Virus record (IMG/VR): IMGVR_UViG_3300045971_000247
Coordinates: 2,313-66,312 of that record
Direction: 5' to 3' (one strand)
Length of the DNA stretch: 64,000 bases
Source of the DNA: a virus
Of the stretch, positions 18,153 to 27,052 are shown piece by piece; position 1 is the stretch's first letter; each line of letters starts with the position of its first letter. Position numbers and translations under genes: made by a program. A model generated the notes under the pieces. The model did not search any database. It saw nothing but the letters and a program-made list of their open reading frames with translations, and was not told the DNA's origin.

Positions 18153-18589
18153 CCACACCGCAACTCAAACTCTGGACCCTACAAGCGATCGCAAAGCACC
18201 TGGGCATTCCCGCGGGCTCGGCCCACCACCTCGGGAAGCAGATGACCGCAGCCTACAAGCCCGTCTTCTCCTCACCTTCAGGCAGGGGCGTTCAAAAATA
18301 TTACAGCGACGAAGACGCCCAGGCCTTCATGGCGAAGTGGCGAGCAGAGCACCTGCCCAAGCCCACTGAGGTCAAGCCCGTCGCCGTATCCACCGGTGCC
18401 GAGGCCCAGATCAAGATCCTGGCCAATCACATCAAGGAACTCGACTACCGGCTGGAAGAACAACAGCAGCAGACGCACCAGCTGATGACGGTGCAGAACC
18501 GCGCACTGCTCGAAACGCTGAATAAGCACAACGCGCTGCTGATGCAGATCGCCAAGGAACTCGGTGTTGAGCCGACGGTGATGACATGA
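18149..18589 (+). CDS. Hypothetical protein, possible N-terminal HTH plus coiled coil
   Basis: TLQAIAKHLGI; coupled start. Confidence 0.6.
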   Translation: MTTPQLKLWTLQAIAKHLGIPAGSAHHLGKQMTAAYKPVFSSPSGRGVQKYYSDEDAQAFMAKWRAEHLPKPTEVKPVAVSTGAEAQIKILANHIKELDYRLEEQQQQTHQLMTVQNRALLETLNKHNALLMQIAKELGVEPTVMT

Positions 18590-18975
18590 AGACCAGCGAA
18601 CTCACCGGAGCCGCCCTGGACTGGGCGGTAGCGACGTGCCTCGGGTACACAAACCTGCGCCAGCACAGATACACGACTGAATCCTTCCTGGAGTGGGTCA
18701 TGGACCCGCCGCCCCGTGTGGAATACGGGCCAGTCGAACTCGGTAACTTGGCTTTCTCGTTCGACTGGTCCCAAGGCGGGCCGATCATCGAGCGGGAAAA
18801 CATCGGCACGTATCGTAGCCCCAAAGCAGGCGGCGGAAGTAACTGGGTTGGAGCGCTGGAACAAGACTATCCATATTTCTTCAGAAGCGGCCCCACTCCC
18901 CTGATCGCCGCCATGCGCTGCTTCGTCGCCAGCAAGCTGGGCGATGACGTTGACGTCCCGAAGGAATTGACATGA
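18586..18975 (+). CDS. DUF2591/NinX-like protein
   Basis: ELTGAALDWAVA, DWSQGGPIIERE, GPTPLIAAMRCFVASKLG. Confidence 0.85.
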   Translation: MKTSELTGAALDWAVATCLGYTNLRQHRYTTESFLEWVMDPPPRVEYGPVELGNLAFSFDWSQGGPIIERENIGTYRSPKAGGGSNWVGALEQDYPYFFRSGPTPLIAAMRCFVASKLGDDVDVPKELT

Positions 18976-19190
18976 GCATTTTCGACGCATGGCGAGCCAA
19001 CGAGGAGCGCGCCAACCCCGTGGAGGCCGCCAAGCACGGCATCAGCGACAACCACCTCATGCAGGACTTGGACAGCGGCCTGAGCAAAGCACTGGCCGCA
19101 GATCCGAACGCACGCCAACACGCCCGAGAGGCAGCAGCGACGATTACAGCCACTCGGCATGCGCGGGCGCAACCCCAGGAGCCGACATGA
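18972..19190 (+). CDS. Hypothetical protein
   Basis: AAGGA RBS, ATGA overlap. Confidence 0.55.
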   Translation: MSIFDAWRANEERANPVEAAKHGISDNHLMQDLDSGLSKALAADPNARQHAREAAATITATRHARAQPQEPT

Positions 19191-20023
19191 GCGACATCAT
19201 CAGCCCCGCACGATGCCCCGGGTGCAATGCCGCCAATGGCGAGCTGCACGCCCTCATGTGCGTGTTCAGGGCCGCAGAGCCCGCCCCGGCGCAACCCCAG
19301 GCCGAGCGCATGGAGTGCCTGCTATCCGCGCAAATTGATCTGCTGCGCGCCGAGCTTGCGGACTTAAAGGCACACACCGCAACGTCGGTTGCGAGGGAGA
19401 TTCATGCTTATCTTGAGAAGGTACGGAAGCAGAAACCTATCGGCTACATCGCAACAAGTGCGGCCACCTGGCTGCATGAGAGAGAAGGCCAACCGCACAC
19501 GTGGAAGGAGATTCGCATTTACGTGTCGCCGCCAGACATGTTCGAGAATGAGCCCCTCTACGCCGCCCCCATGTCGCAGCCCGCCCCGGCTCAGTCCCAG
19601 GCCGAGAGCGCACCCACTGCGCAGCCGGTGCAGGCCGCGCCCGTGAGCGCGTCGCAGCATCAGGCTCGCGCTGGGGGTGACATGACCGACGACCCGAAGC
19701 CCGTGGCGTGGATTCACCAATGGGCGCCACACTCTCCCGTGATCGGAAAATCGCTGCACTGGACTGCTCACACCCCCCACGCCAATGCACAAGTCATCCG
19801 CACCCCCCTATTCGACCGCCCCACCCTGGACGCAGCCATTGCCCAGGCCGTGGCTGCGGAGCGGGAGCGCATGAATCAGCATGCGGGCGCGTTGGCTGAA
19901 ACGGCGCGACTGGTGGAGAAGGAGCGGTGCCTGGACATCTGCGAGCAGCACTACAGCATCGAGGGCATCGCGCACGACATCGCCGCCGCAATCCGCGCCC
20001 TCACCCCGACGGCGCCGCCATAG
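19187..20023 (+). CDS. Mosaic hypothetical protein
   Basis: AGGAG RBS; modules separated by PAPAQ(P/S)QAE linkers; PVAW and AERER motifs typical of variable phage early proteins. Confidence 0.6.
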   Translation: MSDIISPARCPGCNAANGELHALMCVFRAAEPAPAQPQAERMECLLSAQIDLLRAELADLKAHTATSVAREIHAYLEKVRKQKPIGYIATSAATWLHEREGQPHTWKEIRIYVSPPDMFENEPLYAAPMSQPAPAQSQAESAPTAQPVQAAPVSASQHQARAGGDMTDDPKPVAWIHQWAPHSPVIGKSLHWTAHTPHANAQVIRTPLFDRPTLDAAIAQAVAAERERMNQHAGALAETARLVEKERCLDICEQHYSIEGIAHDIAAAIRALTPTAPP

Positions 20024-20110
20024 CCTATCCCCACGCACTCCCTCATAGCCAGAACCTACTGGCTATTTTTTCGCCTTCCGTTCTATTCTCGATATTCGAT
20101 CTAACAAGCC

Positions 20111-20266
20111 ATGAACGAATTCAATCGCCCCATCTTTTTGCGCCGCGCTGATCCAAGCCCGCTGACTCTCTTCCTGTTGTGCGCCGCCGCGCTCGTGGCC
20201 GTGTGCGCAATGTTCGTCGTGCTCGGCTACCTCATCTCTCCGTCCTCCATCAACCTCTGCAAGTGA
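20111..20266 (+). CDS. 51-aa single-TM protein
   Basis: MNEFNRPIF...LTLFLLCAAALVAVCAMFVVLGYLI. Confidence 0.5.
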   Translation: MNEFNRPIFLRRADPSPLTLFLLCAAALVAVCAMFVVLGYLISPSSINLCK

Positions 20267-20270
20267 CTCG

Positions 20271-21275
20271 ATGAAACCCTCCACCATTGCCAACGTCCTG
20301 CCCGAACTCATCAACGACGGCATCAGCGTCCTCGTCCACGGCAAAGCCGGCATCGGCAAGTCGTCGGTCGTCAAGCAGGTCACCAAGACCATGAAGCGCG
20401 ACCTCTACGACTTGCGGCTCAGCCAGCTGAGCGAAGTCGACCTCCGCGGCCTGCCGATGCACGACCCGAAGACCAAGCAGGCCGTCTGGTACCCGCCGAA
20501 CTTCCTGCCCAAGCCTGACGCCAAGCCCTCTGTCCTGTTCCTGGACGAAATCAATAAGGCCCACCCTGCCGTCCTGTCTGCGGCCTACCAGCTGATCCTG
20601 GACCGCCGGCTGGGCGACTACCGCCTCCCCGACAACTGCGGCCTCATCGCCGCCGGCAACACGGTCAGCGACCGCGGCGACATCCACACCATCCCCGCAC
20701 CGCTGAACAACCGCTTCATCCACATCGACTTCGAACTCGACCCCGAGGACTGGCAGCGCCAAGCCAGCGCAGACGACGTGACCCCCGCCATCCGTGCCTA
20801 CCACCGGCTCAAAGGCGGCGCCGCGCTGCACGTGTTCGACGCGGCTATCAACCCGCGCGCATTCCCAACGCCGCGCAGCTGGTACACGGTCGACAAGATT
20901 CACAAGAACAAGAAGTACACCGCCAGCGAGCGCGTGCAGCTGGTCGCCGGCACGATCGGCGAGGGCGAGTCGGCCGCGTTCCACACGTTCCTCAACGAAC
21001 TGACGAACATGCCCGACATCGACAGCATCCTGCTGAACCCGAAAGAGGCCAAGCTGCCGGGCTCCCAGTCGGTGATGCACACCGTCGTGACGACGCTGGT
21101 CGACAAGTGCCGCGCTGCGAACTACGCCAAGCTGATGGTCTACATCGAGCGGCTTCAAACCGAGATGCAGGTCGTCTTCAACCGGCACGTGGTCATCAAG
21201 GACCACAACATCACCTCACGCAAGGAGTACATAGATTGGTGCCTGAAGAACCAAGCGGTGTTCGGTGTGATCTGA
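20271..21275 (+). CDS. AAA+ ATPase (MoxR/AAA_5-like)
   Basis: GKAGIGKS, LFLDEIN, AAGN, PLNNRF, PTPRSW. Confidence 0.9.
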   Translation: MKPSTIANVLPELINDGISVLVHGKAGIGKSSVVKQVTKTMKRDLYDLRLSQLSEVDLRGLPMHDPKTKQAVWYPPNFLPKPDAKPSVLFLDEINKAHPAVLSAAYQLILDRRLGDYRLPDNCGLIAAGNTVSDRGDIHTIPAPLNNRFIHIDFELDPEDWQRQASADDVTPAIRAYHRLKGGAALHVFDAAINPRAFPTPRSWYTVDKIHKNKKYTASERVQLVAGTIGEGESAAFHTFLNELTNMPDIDSILLNPKEAKLPGSQSVMHTVVTTLVDKCRAANYAKLMVYIERLQTEMQVVFNRHVVIKDHNITSRKEYIDWCLKNQAVFGVI

Positions 21276-21517
21276 AGCTGCCTGAGTGGCTGGGGCGGAC
21301 GCCGTTCAACGACATGATGAGCTACGCCCCAGGACTCAGCAAAGGCCACCCTACCTGGAGCACAACGGCCCACTGGGCCTGCTGGGCCGGAGCCGCCTAC
21401 GGCTGGTACCACTCGCCCTTCGACACCCACACCATGGCCCTCGCCGGCAACAGACGAGCCCTCGTAATCATGCGGCGGTTCTACACCGAACTCATGACCG
21501 CGAGACTTACCAAGTAG
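21272..21517 (+). CDS. Hypothetical protein ending MTARLTK (start uncertain)
   Basis: Open frame filling the intergenic gap; shares the C-terminal motif. Confidence 0.45.
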   Translation: MKLPEWLGRTPFNDMMSYAPGLSKGHPTWSTTAHWACWAGAAYGWYHSPFDTHTMALAGNRRALVIMRRFYTELMTARLTK

Positions 21518-21534
21518 CTCGACAAGGACTCACC

Positions 21535-22377
21535 ATGCTCCACGAAAAAGCCCTCCTCGTGAATCTCTCCATCTCCCGATGGGGCGCACAGAAGACCGAC
21601 AAGAAGGTCACCAAGGAAGTAACCCGCAGTCATGGGGCAACCGACGACTCCGGCGACTTCCGCAAGTCCCTCGTCGACAAGACCCACCTCAAGGCCCTGA
21701 CCGCGTCGTCCAGCGCTCTGCGCGCGTTCAACTACAAGCTCACCCTGCCGTGGGACGACGACGGCCGGCGCATCCTGCCCTCCAAGGCCTTCGCCGCCTA
21801 CACCGACGGCTACCGCGAACTGCGGTTGGCCGACGAGAAGCTCGTGCGCGACTTCATCTCTCTCTACCCGAACCTCGTGGCCACAGCCCGGAACCGGCTC
21901 GGCTCTCTGTACGACCCGGCCGACTTCCCTGATCCGAAAACGATCAAAGACAAGTTCGGCCTGAAGCTGAGCATGGAGAACATCCCCAACGCCGACGACT
22001 TCCGCGTGAACGTCGGCGACGAAGCCGCGGCCATGATCCGCGAACAGATCACGGCCGAGAACGACGCGAAATTCCAGTCGGCGATGAAGCACTGCTACGA
22101 GCGCGTGCAGAAGATGGTCAGCCACATCAGCACGACGCTGCACCAAGAAGACCCGCGCATCTTCGACAGTCTGGTCAACAACGCCCTCGATCTGGTCGAC
22201 TGCCTGCCGATGCTCAACCTCGCCGACGACCCGCTGCTCGAAGACTTGCGGACAGATCTGAAGGCCATGCTGCCGCACCCCGACGCGCTGCGCACCAGTG
22301 AGCACACGCGGGCCAAGACCGCCGACGCGGCCGACGCGATCATCGCCAAGATGGCTGCCTATGGTCGCGTGGTCTAA
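21535..22377 (+). CDS. Conserved phage protein (DUF3150-like) of the AAA/VWA cluster
   Basis: AAGGA RBS; LSISRW, TLPWDDDGRRILP, LGSLYDPADFP. Confidence 0.75.
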   Translation: MLHEKALLVNLSISRWGAQKTDKKVTKEVTRSHGATDDSGDFRKSLVDKTHLKALTASSSALRAFNYKLTLPWDDDGRRILPSKAFAAYTDGYRELRLADEKLVRDFISLYPNLVATARNRLGSLYDPADFPDPKTIKDKFGLKLSMENIPNADDFRVNVGDEAAAMIREQITAENDAKFQSAMKHCYERVQKMVSHISTTLHQEDPRIFDSLVNNALDLVDCLPMLNLADDPLLEDLRTDLKAMLPHPDALRTSEHTRAKTADAADAIIAKMAAYGRVV

Positions 22378-22573
22378 GCAACTCGACGCCGCCATCCAGC
22401 GCGCCCTGTGGGATCTGGGCCGCAGCAACTGGGCCTGGGACGCCACCTCGAAGCGCTACGAGTCACGCACCCCCGAAGAACGCGAACGCTGGTGGACTCA
22501 CGTCGCCAGCGCCAACACAACAAGCTGGCGCGAACTCCGCGTCAAGGTCGTCACCATGAGCCTCACCAAATGA
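22361..22573 (+). CDS. Hypothetical protein ending VTMSLTK
   Basis: Stop coupled (ATGA) to the next gene. Confidence 0.5.
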   Translation: MVAWSKQLDAAIQRALWDLGRSNWAWDATSKRYESRTPEERERWWTHVASANTTSWRELRVKVVTMSLTK

Positions 22574-23679
22574 ACAAAGAAGCACACGACAAGATGGTCC
22601 GCGGCCGCGTCGCCCTCTACATCAAGGACGGCTTCTACGGCCCGCTCTCGATGCGCTTCCTGATGAAGGAGCGCAAGTCCTGCAAGACCGCGCGCATCAG
22701 CCACACGACGATCTTCTACAACCCGGACTTCATCGACAAGCTGGAAGAGCACCTGATGCCAAGCCTGTTCGCCCACGAAGTGCAGCACTGCATGCTCAAC
22801 CACATCGACCGGTGCGGTGGCCGGAATCCAAGGAAGTGGAACCAAGCCGGCGATTACGTCATCAACGCCAACCTGAAGCGCGACGGCTACGAAATCGGCG
22901 AGTCGTGGCTGTTCAACCAAGCCTACAGCGGCATGTCCACCGACGAGATTTACAACCTGCTGCCCGACCAGGACGACGGCGATGAATCCGGCGATGGTGA
23001 TGGCGCCGGCGACCCGCTCGACGAGATGGAGCCCGGCGACCCGAAGGACATCGAGGAGAAGGAACTGGAGTGGAAGATCGCCACGATCCAGGCCGCCGAA
23101 GCTGCCAAGCTCGCCGGCTGCATGCCAGCCTCCATGGAGCGGCTCGTCGAAAAGCTCACAACAAACCAAGTGTCTTGGCGCGAACGCCTGCGCCGGTTCG
23201 CCACCGAGCACGCCAAGGACGACTCCTGCTGGTCACGGCCTGACCGCCGCATGCTGTCGCTCGGGTACATCTTCCCGAGCCTCTACAGCGAGAATGTCGG
23301 GCTCATCGTCAACGACATCGACACCAGCGGCTCGATCAATCAGGCCACGCTCGACACCTTCGGCGCTGAAATCACGGCCATCAAGCATCAGGTGCGGCCG
23401 CAGAAGATGGTGAACATCTACTGCGACTCGGCCATCAACAAGGTCGATGAGTTCGGCGAGTTCGATGAGCCGGACTACATCATGTGCGGCGGTGGCGGCA
23501 CAGACTTCCGGCCACCGTTTGCGTACGTGGCCGAGAAGGGGCTGAAACCGACGTGCATGATCTACCTCACCGACGGCTACGGCCCATTCCCGACTGAGCC
23601 GCCGCCCTACCCTGTCATGTGGGTGATGACGACGGACGTCGTTGCCCCGTTTGGCGAAACGATCAGGATCAACACATGA
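22570..23679 (+). CDS. DUF2201-like metallopeptidase plus VWA-domain protein
   Basis: HEVQH (HExxH), WN.AGDYVIN, MIDAS DTSGS, GGGGTDF, YLTDGY. Confidence 0.9.
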   Translation: MNKEAHDKMVRGRVALYIKDGFYGPLSMRFLMKERKSCKTARISHTTIFYNPDFIDKLEEHLMPSLFAHEVQHCMLNHIDRCGGRNPRKWNQAGDYVINANLKRDGYEIGESWLFNQAYSGMSTDEIYNLLPDQDDGDESGDGDGAGDPLDEMEPGDPKDIEEKELEWKIATIQAAEAAKLAGCMPASMERLVEKLTTNQVSWRERLRRFATEHAKDDSCWSRPDRRMLSLGYIFPSLYSENVGLIVNDIDTSGSINQATLDTFGAEITAIKHQVRPQKMVNIYCDSAINKVDEFGEFDEPDYIMCGGGGTDFRPPFAYVAEKGLKPTCMIYLTDGYGPFPTEPPPYPVMWVMTTDVVAPFGETIRINT

Positions 23680-23903
23680 GCAACAAACTGACGAGAGACG
23701 CCATCGCCCAGTTATACAGAGACGAGGCCAAGATCAAGGAGATGGAAGGAAAACTCGCCGACTACCCATTCATGCTCAAGGTCGTGCTGGCAGGCTGGGA
23801 CGTGATCGAACACCGAGAAGAAAATCATCTGGACAACAGCGTCCACCCCTATGCAGACCTCAAGCAAGCCTTGGTGAAACTCGCAGACCGAGGAATGAAG
23901 TGA
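23676..23903 (+). CDS. Hypothetical protein
   Basis: ATGA coupling. Confidence 0.55.
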   Translation: MSNKLTRDAIAQLYRDEAKIKEMEGKLADYPFMLKVVLAGWDVIEHREENHLDNSVHPYADLKQALVKLADRGMK

Positions 23904-24118
23904 CCCCAGACCAGATCACCGAGGTCATGCGCTTGGCCTCCATGCTCGCAACCGCCCGCTGCCGGCGGCTCGTTGCCAACAGCCGCAACGGCGGCGCCAC
24001 AGAAGTCGATCAAGCCGAGCAGCTGGTGCAGCGGCGCACCATCGAGTTGCGCACCTACCTGGAGACATTCCAATGCCCCGAACCGTCGAGCGCACCGTCT
24101 ACAAATTCGACGAACTGA
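23900..24118 (+). CDS. Hypothetical protein
   Basis: GAGGA RBS, GTGA coupling. Confidence 0.5.
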   Translation: MTPDQITEVMRLASMLATARCRRLVANSRNGGATEVDQAEQLVQRRTIELRTYLETFQCPEPSSAPSTNSTN

Positions 24119-24678
24119 GCCCTCGTGCCCAGGAGAAAGCACTCGACGACGCTCGATACTGGAACGTCTATCACGGCTGGTGGGAGTGCACCTATGAAGA
24201 CGCTGTGCTTTGTGCAGAATGCCTCGGCATCACGATCGACACGGAAAACCGCAGGCCGCAAATCTTCTTCAGCATCAACGGCAGTCAAGGCGATGGGGCA
24301 GCGTTCACCGGTAGGGTGCAATACAAGCCAGACGCCATCGACACGATCAAAGCGCATGCTCCCAGGGACGAAGAACTGCTCGCGATCGCGCAGGCTCTAA
24401 CCACGACTCAACTCACTTGCCGGATGACAACCAGCGAGTACCTCTGGGCCTCCATCTCCTTATCAGGAAGAAGCACAAGCATCGACATGAACTGCATGCT
24501 TAATCCAGGCGATGAAGTGCCGTATCACCTTGATGTCTTGATTCGACGCACCGTCGAGCGCTTCGCTCAGTGGATCTTCACGCAGCTTCACAACGAACAC
24601 GAGTACCTCACTTCCGACGAGTGCATCAAGGAGGCCCTGGCTGAACACGAGTTCGACGAAGACGGCACCATGATCTAA
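24073..24678 (+). CDS. Conserved phage/MGE hypothetical protein
   Basis: GGAG RBS; VYKFDELS..AQEKA, SQGDGAAF, EYLTSDE, EFDEDG. Confidence 0.75.
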   Translation: MPRTVERTVYKFDELSPRAQEKALDDARYWNVYHGWWECTYEDAVLCAECLGITIDTENRRPQIFFSINGSQGDGAAFTGRVQYKPDAIDTIKAHAPRDEELLAIAQALTTTQLTCRMTTSEYLWASISLSGRSTSIDMNCMLNPGDEVPYHLDVLIRRTVERFAQWIFTQLHNEHEYLTSDECIKEALAEHEFDEDGTMI

Positions 24679-24711
24679 GATCGCACTTCGATCAACACAT
24701 TCCGAAGGTAG

Positions 24712-25440
24712 ATGATGGCCACCAAGCCCTTTCCTGTTCGCATCACCAGCTGGTCCCACAGCAAGGTCGGTGACTTCGAGAAGTGCCGCTTCATGGCTAA
24801 GCTCAAGCACATCGACCGCATCCCTGAACCCGAGCGGCCGTTGCCTCCAGGCAAGACCGAGCACGCCAACGACCGCGGCTCGCGCGTTCACCTCCACGCC
24901 GAGAACTTCGTCACAGGTAAGGAGCCCGCCCAGATCAACGAGATGCGCGCGTTCCACGGTGAGTTCGAGCACCTGCGTCACCTCCACTCTCTGGGCATGG
25001 TGTCCCTCGAAGGTGAATGGGCCGTCGACCAAGGATGGAATCCGACCGACTGGCGCACCGGCTGGCACCGCAGCAAAGTCGACGCGATCGTCCAGCCGAA
25101 CAAGTATCAGGCGATCGTCATCGACTACAAGACCGGCAAGAAGTTCGGCAACGAAATCAAGCACGGGGAACAGACCCAGCTGTACGCCCTCAACGCCGTG
25201 CTGCGCTACCCCGACCTGGAAGAAGTCACCACCGAACTCTGGTACCTCGACCAGGACGAACTGACAACCGCCCGGTTCACCCGCGCCCAGATCCTGCGCT
25301 TCAAGGCCAACTGGGATCGCCGCGGCCACGCAGTCACCGAATGCACGGACTTCCCACCCAACCCGTCAGTCTGGACCTGTCAATGGTGTCAATATGGGCC
25401 TTGGAACGGCAACCAATGCACGGTCGGAGTGCAGCGGTGA
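24712..25440 (+). CDS. PD-(D/E)XK exonuclease (RecB/Cas4-like)
   Basis: WSHSK..FEKC, KVDAI...VIDYKTGK, QLYA, C-terminal CQWC..C. Confidence 0.9.
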   Translation: MMATKPFPVRITSWSHSKVGDFEKCRFMAKLKHIDRIPEPERPLPPGKTEHANDRGSRVHLHAENFVTGKEPAQINEMRAFHGEFEHLRHLHSLGMVSLEGEWAVDQGWNPTDWRTGWHRSKVDAIVQPNKYQAIVIDYKTGKKFGNEIKHGEQTQLYALNAVLRYPDLEEVTTELWYLDQDELTTARFTRAQILRFKANWDRRGHAVTECTDFPPNPSVWTCQWCQYGPWNGNQCTVGVQR

Positions 25441-25664
25441 AGACGGCATACACGATGGAAGAAATTGCTGAAGACCACCCGCAGTGGAAAGCGTACGCCG
25501 CCGGCTACGCCACGACGGTCCTGAATGTTCTGGATGACACAGGTCTTCTAGACGAAACACAACTGCGTTGGCTCTCTCAGTTCGAAGGCTCTGCACGCGA
25601 AATCTGCAATCGCCTGATCGACGCCTACACCGTAGACGAAATCACCAAGAAACTCACCGCATGA
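25437..25664 (+). CDS. Hypothetical protein ending ITKKLTA
   Basis: GGAG RBS; GTGA and ATGA coupling. Confidence 0.6.
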   Translation: MKTAYTMEEIAEDHPQWKAYAAGYATTVLNVLDDTGLLDETQLRWLSQFEGSAREICNRLIDAYTVDEITKKLTA

Positions 25665-27052
25665 AACCCTTCGCCCATCAACTCGTCAGCCTTAAGCACA
25701 ACGAGACGACGGACATCGTCTTCGACTGCTCCGACGCTGGCACCGGCAAGACAGGCGTGCGGGTTTTTCGCTACGCCAAGCGCAAGAAGAAGAAAGCCGG
25801 CTGCATGCTCGTGCTCGGCCTGCGCTCTACGCTGCGCTCCGTGTGGGAATCCGACTTCAAGAAGTTCGCACCCGAAATCACGACCTCTGTAGCCACAGCC
25901 GCTAACCGCGAAGCCGCATTCGCCAAGGACGTCGATGTCTACATCACGAACCACGACGCAGTGAAGTGGCTGGCTAAGCAAAAGCCAGCGTTCTGGAAGA
26001 AGTTCGACGAAATCGTCGTCGACGAGTCGGAGTTCTTCAAGCACTACACCAGCCAGCGCAGCAAGGCCCTGCTGAAGCTCGTCAAGCACTTCAAGTACCG
26101 CACGTGCATGACCGCCACGCCCAACGACAACACCATCGTGGACGTGTGGCATCAGGTGCTGCTGCTTGATAACGGTGCGCGACTGGGCCGGCTGTACTTC
26201 CCGTTCCGCAACTCCGTGTCCACGCCCGTCCAGGTCGGCCACAGTGCCAACATGGTTGAGTGGCGTGACAAGGAAGGCGCTGAAGACGCTGTGTTCGGTC
26301 TCCTGTCCGACATCGTGGTCCGCCACCGCCTGGACGACTGCGCCGACATCCCAGAGAACCACCAGTACCCGCTGATGTACGAGATGTCCACGCCACAGAA
26401 GAAGGCCTACATGCAGATGGAGGCCAGCAAGATGCTCGACCTGGGCAAGCTCGGCGGCGTCACAGCCATCAACGCGGCTGCGGTCGCCACCAAGCTCCTT
26501 CAAGTCGCTTCAGGCGCGGTCTATGACGGTACAGGCAAATACGCCGTCATCGACACCAGCCGCTATGAACTCATCCTGGACCTCTGTGAACAACGCAAAC
26601 ACCCGCTCGTCCTCTTCCAGTGGAAACACCAGCGCGACCTGTTGGTTGCTGAAGCCGAAAAGCGAGGCAAGACCTTCGCGGTCTTCGACGGCGACACCAC
26701 CGACGAAGAGCGCTTCAACATCGTGCAGCGCTACCAGCGCGGCCAGTACGACGTGCTCTTTGCTCACCCCAAGACCGTCGGCCACGGCCAGACCCTGACC
26801 CGCGGCACCTCGACGATCTGGGCCTCACCCACCCACCTCGCTGCTCAATTCCTCCAGGCCTCGTCCCGCCAGCGCCGCATTGGCCAGACGGAGAAGACCG
26901 AGACCGTGGTCATCATCGCCGAGGGCACGACTGATGAGTGGGTCTACGAGAACTGCATGCGCAAAGACGGGCGCATGAAGAGCCTGCTGGAGTTGTTTGC
27001 CGGGAACACGCCGGTGCCGACAAAGTCAACCAAGACGAAAGCCATGGCATGA
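25661..27052 (+). CDS. SNF2-like superfamily 2 helicase
   Basis: DAGTGKT, VVDESE, MTATP, GHGQTL, QASSRQRRIGQ. Confidence 0.9.
   Translation: MKPFAHQLVSLKHNETTDIVFDCSDAGTGKTGVRVFRYAKRKKKKAGCMLVLGLRSTLRSVWESDFKKFAPEITTSVATAANREAAFAKDVDVYITNHDAVKWLAKQKPAFWKKFDEIVVDESEFFKHYTSQRSKALLKLVKHFKYRTCMTATPNDNTIVDVWHQVLLLDNGARLGRLYFPFRNSVSTPVQVGHSANMVEWRDKEGAEDAVFGLLSDIVVRHRLDDCADIPENHQYPLMYEMSTPQKKAYMQMEASKMLDLGKLGGVTAINAAAVATKLLQVASGAVYDGTGKYAVIDTSRYELILDLCEQRKHPLVLFQWKHQRDLLVAEAEKRGKTFAVFDGDTTDEERFNIVQRYQRGQYDVLFAHPKTVGHGQTLTRGTSTIWASPTHLAAQFLQASSRQRRIGQTEKTETVVIIAEGTTDEWVYENCMRKDGRMKSLLELFAGNTPVPTKSTKTKAMA

Noticed and set aside
24712-25440. Cas4 or a CRISPR system
   Set aside because: Stand-alone PD-(D/E)XK nuclease in a replication operon; no repeat-spacer array or other cas genes seen
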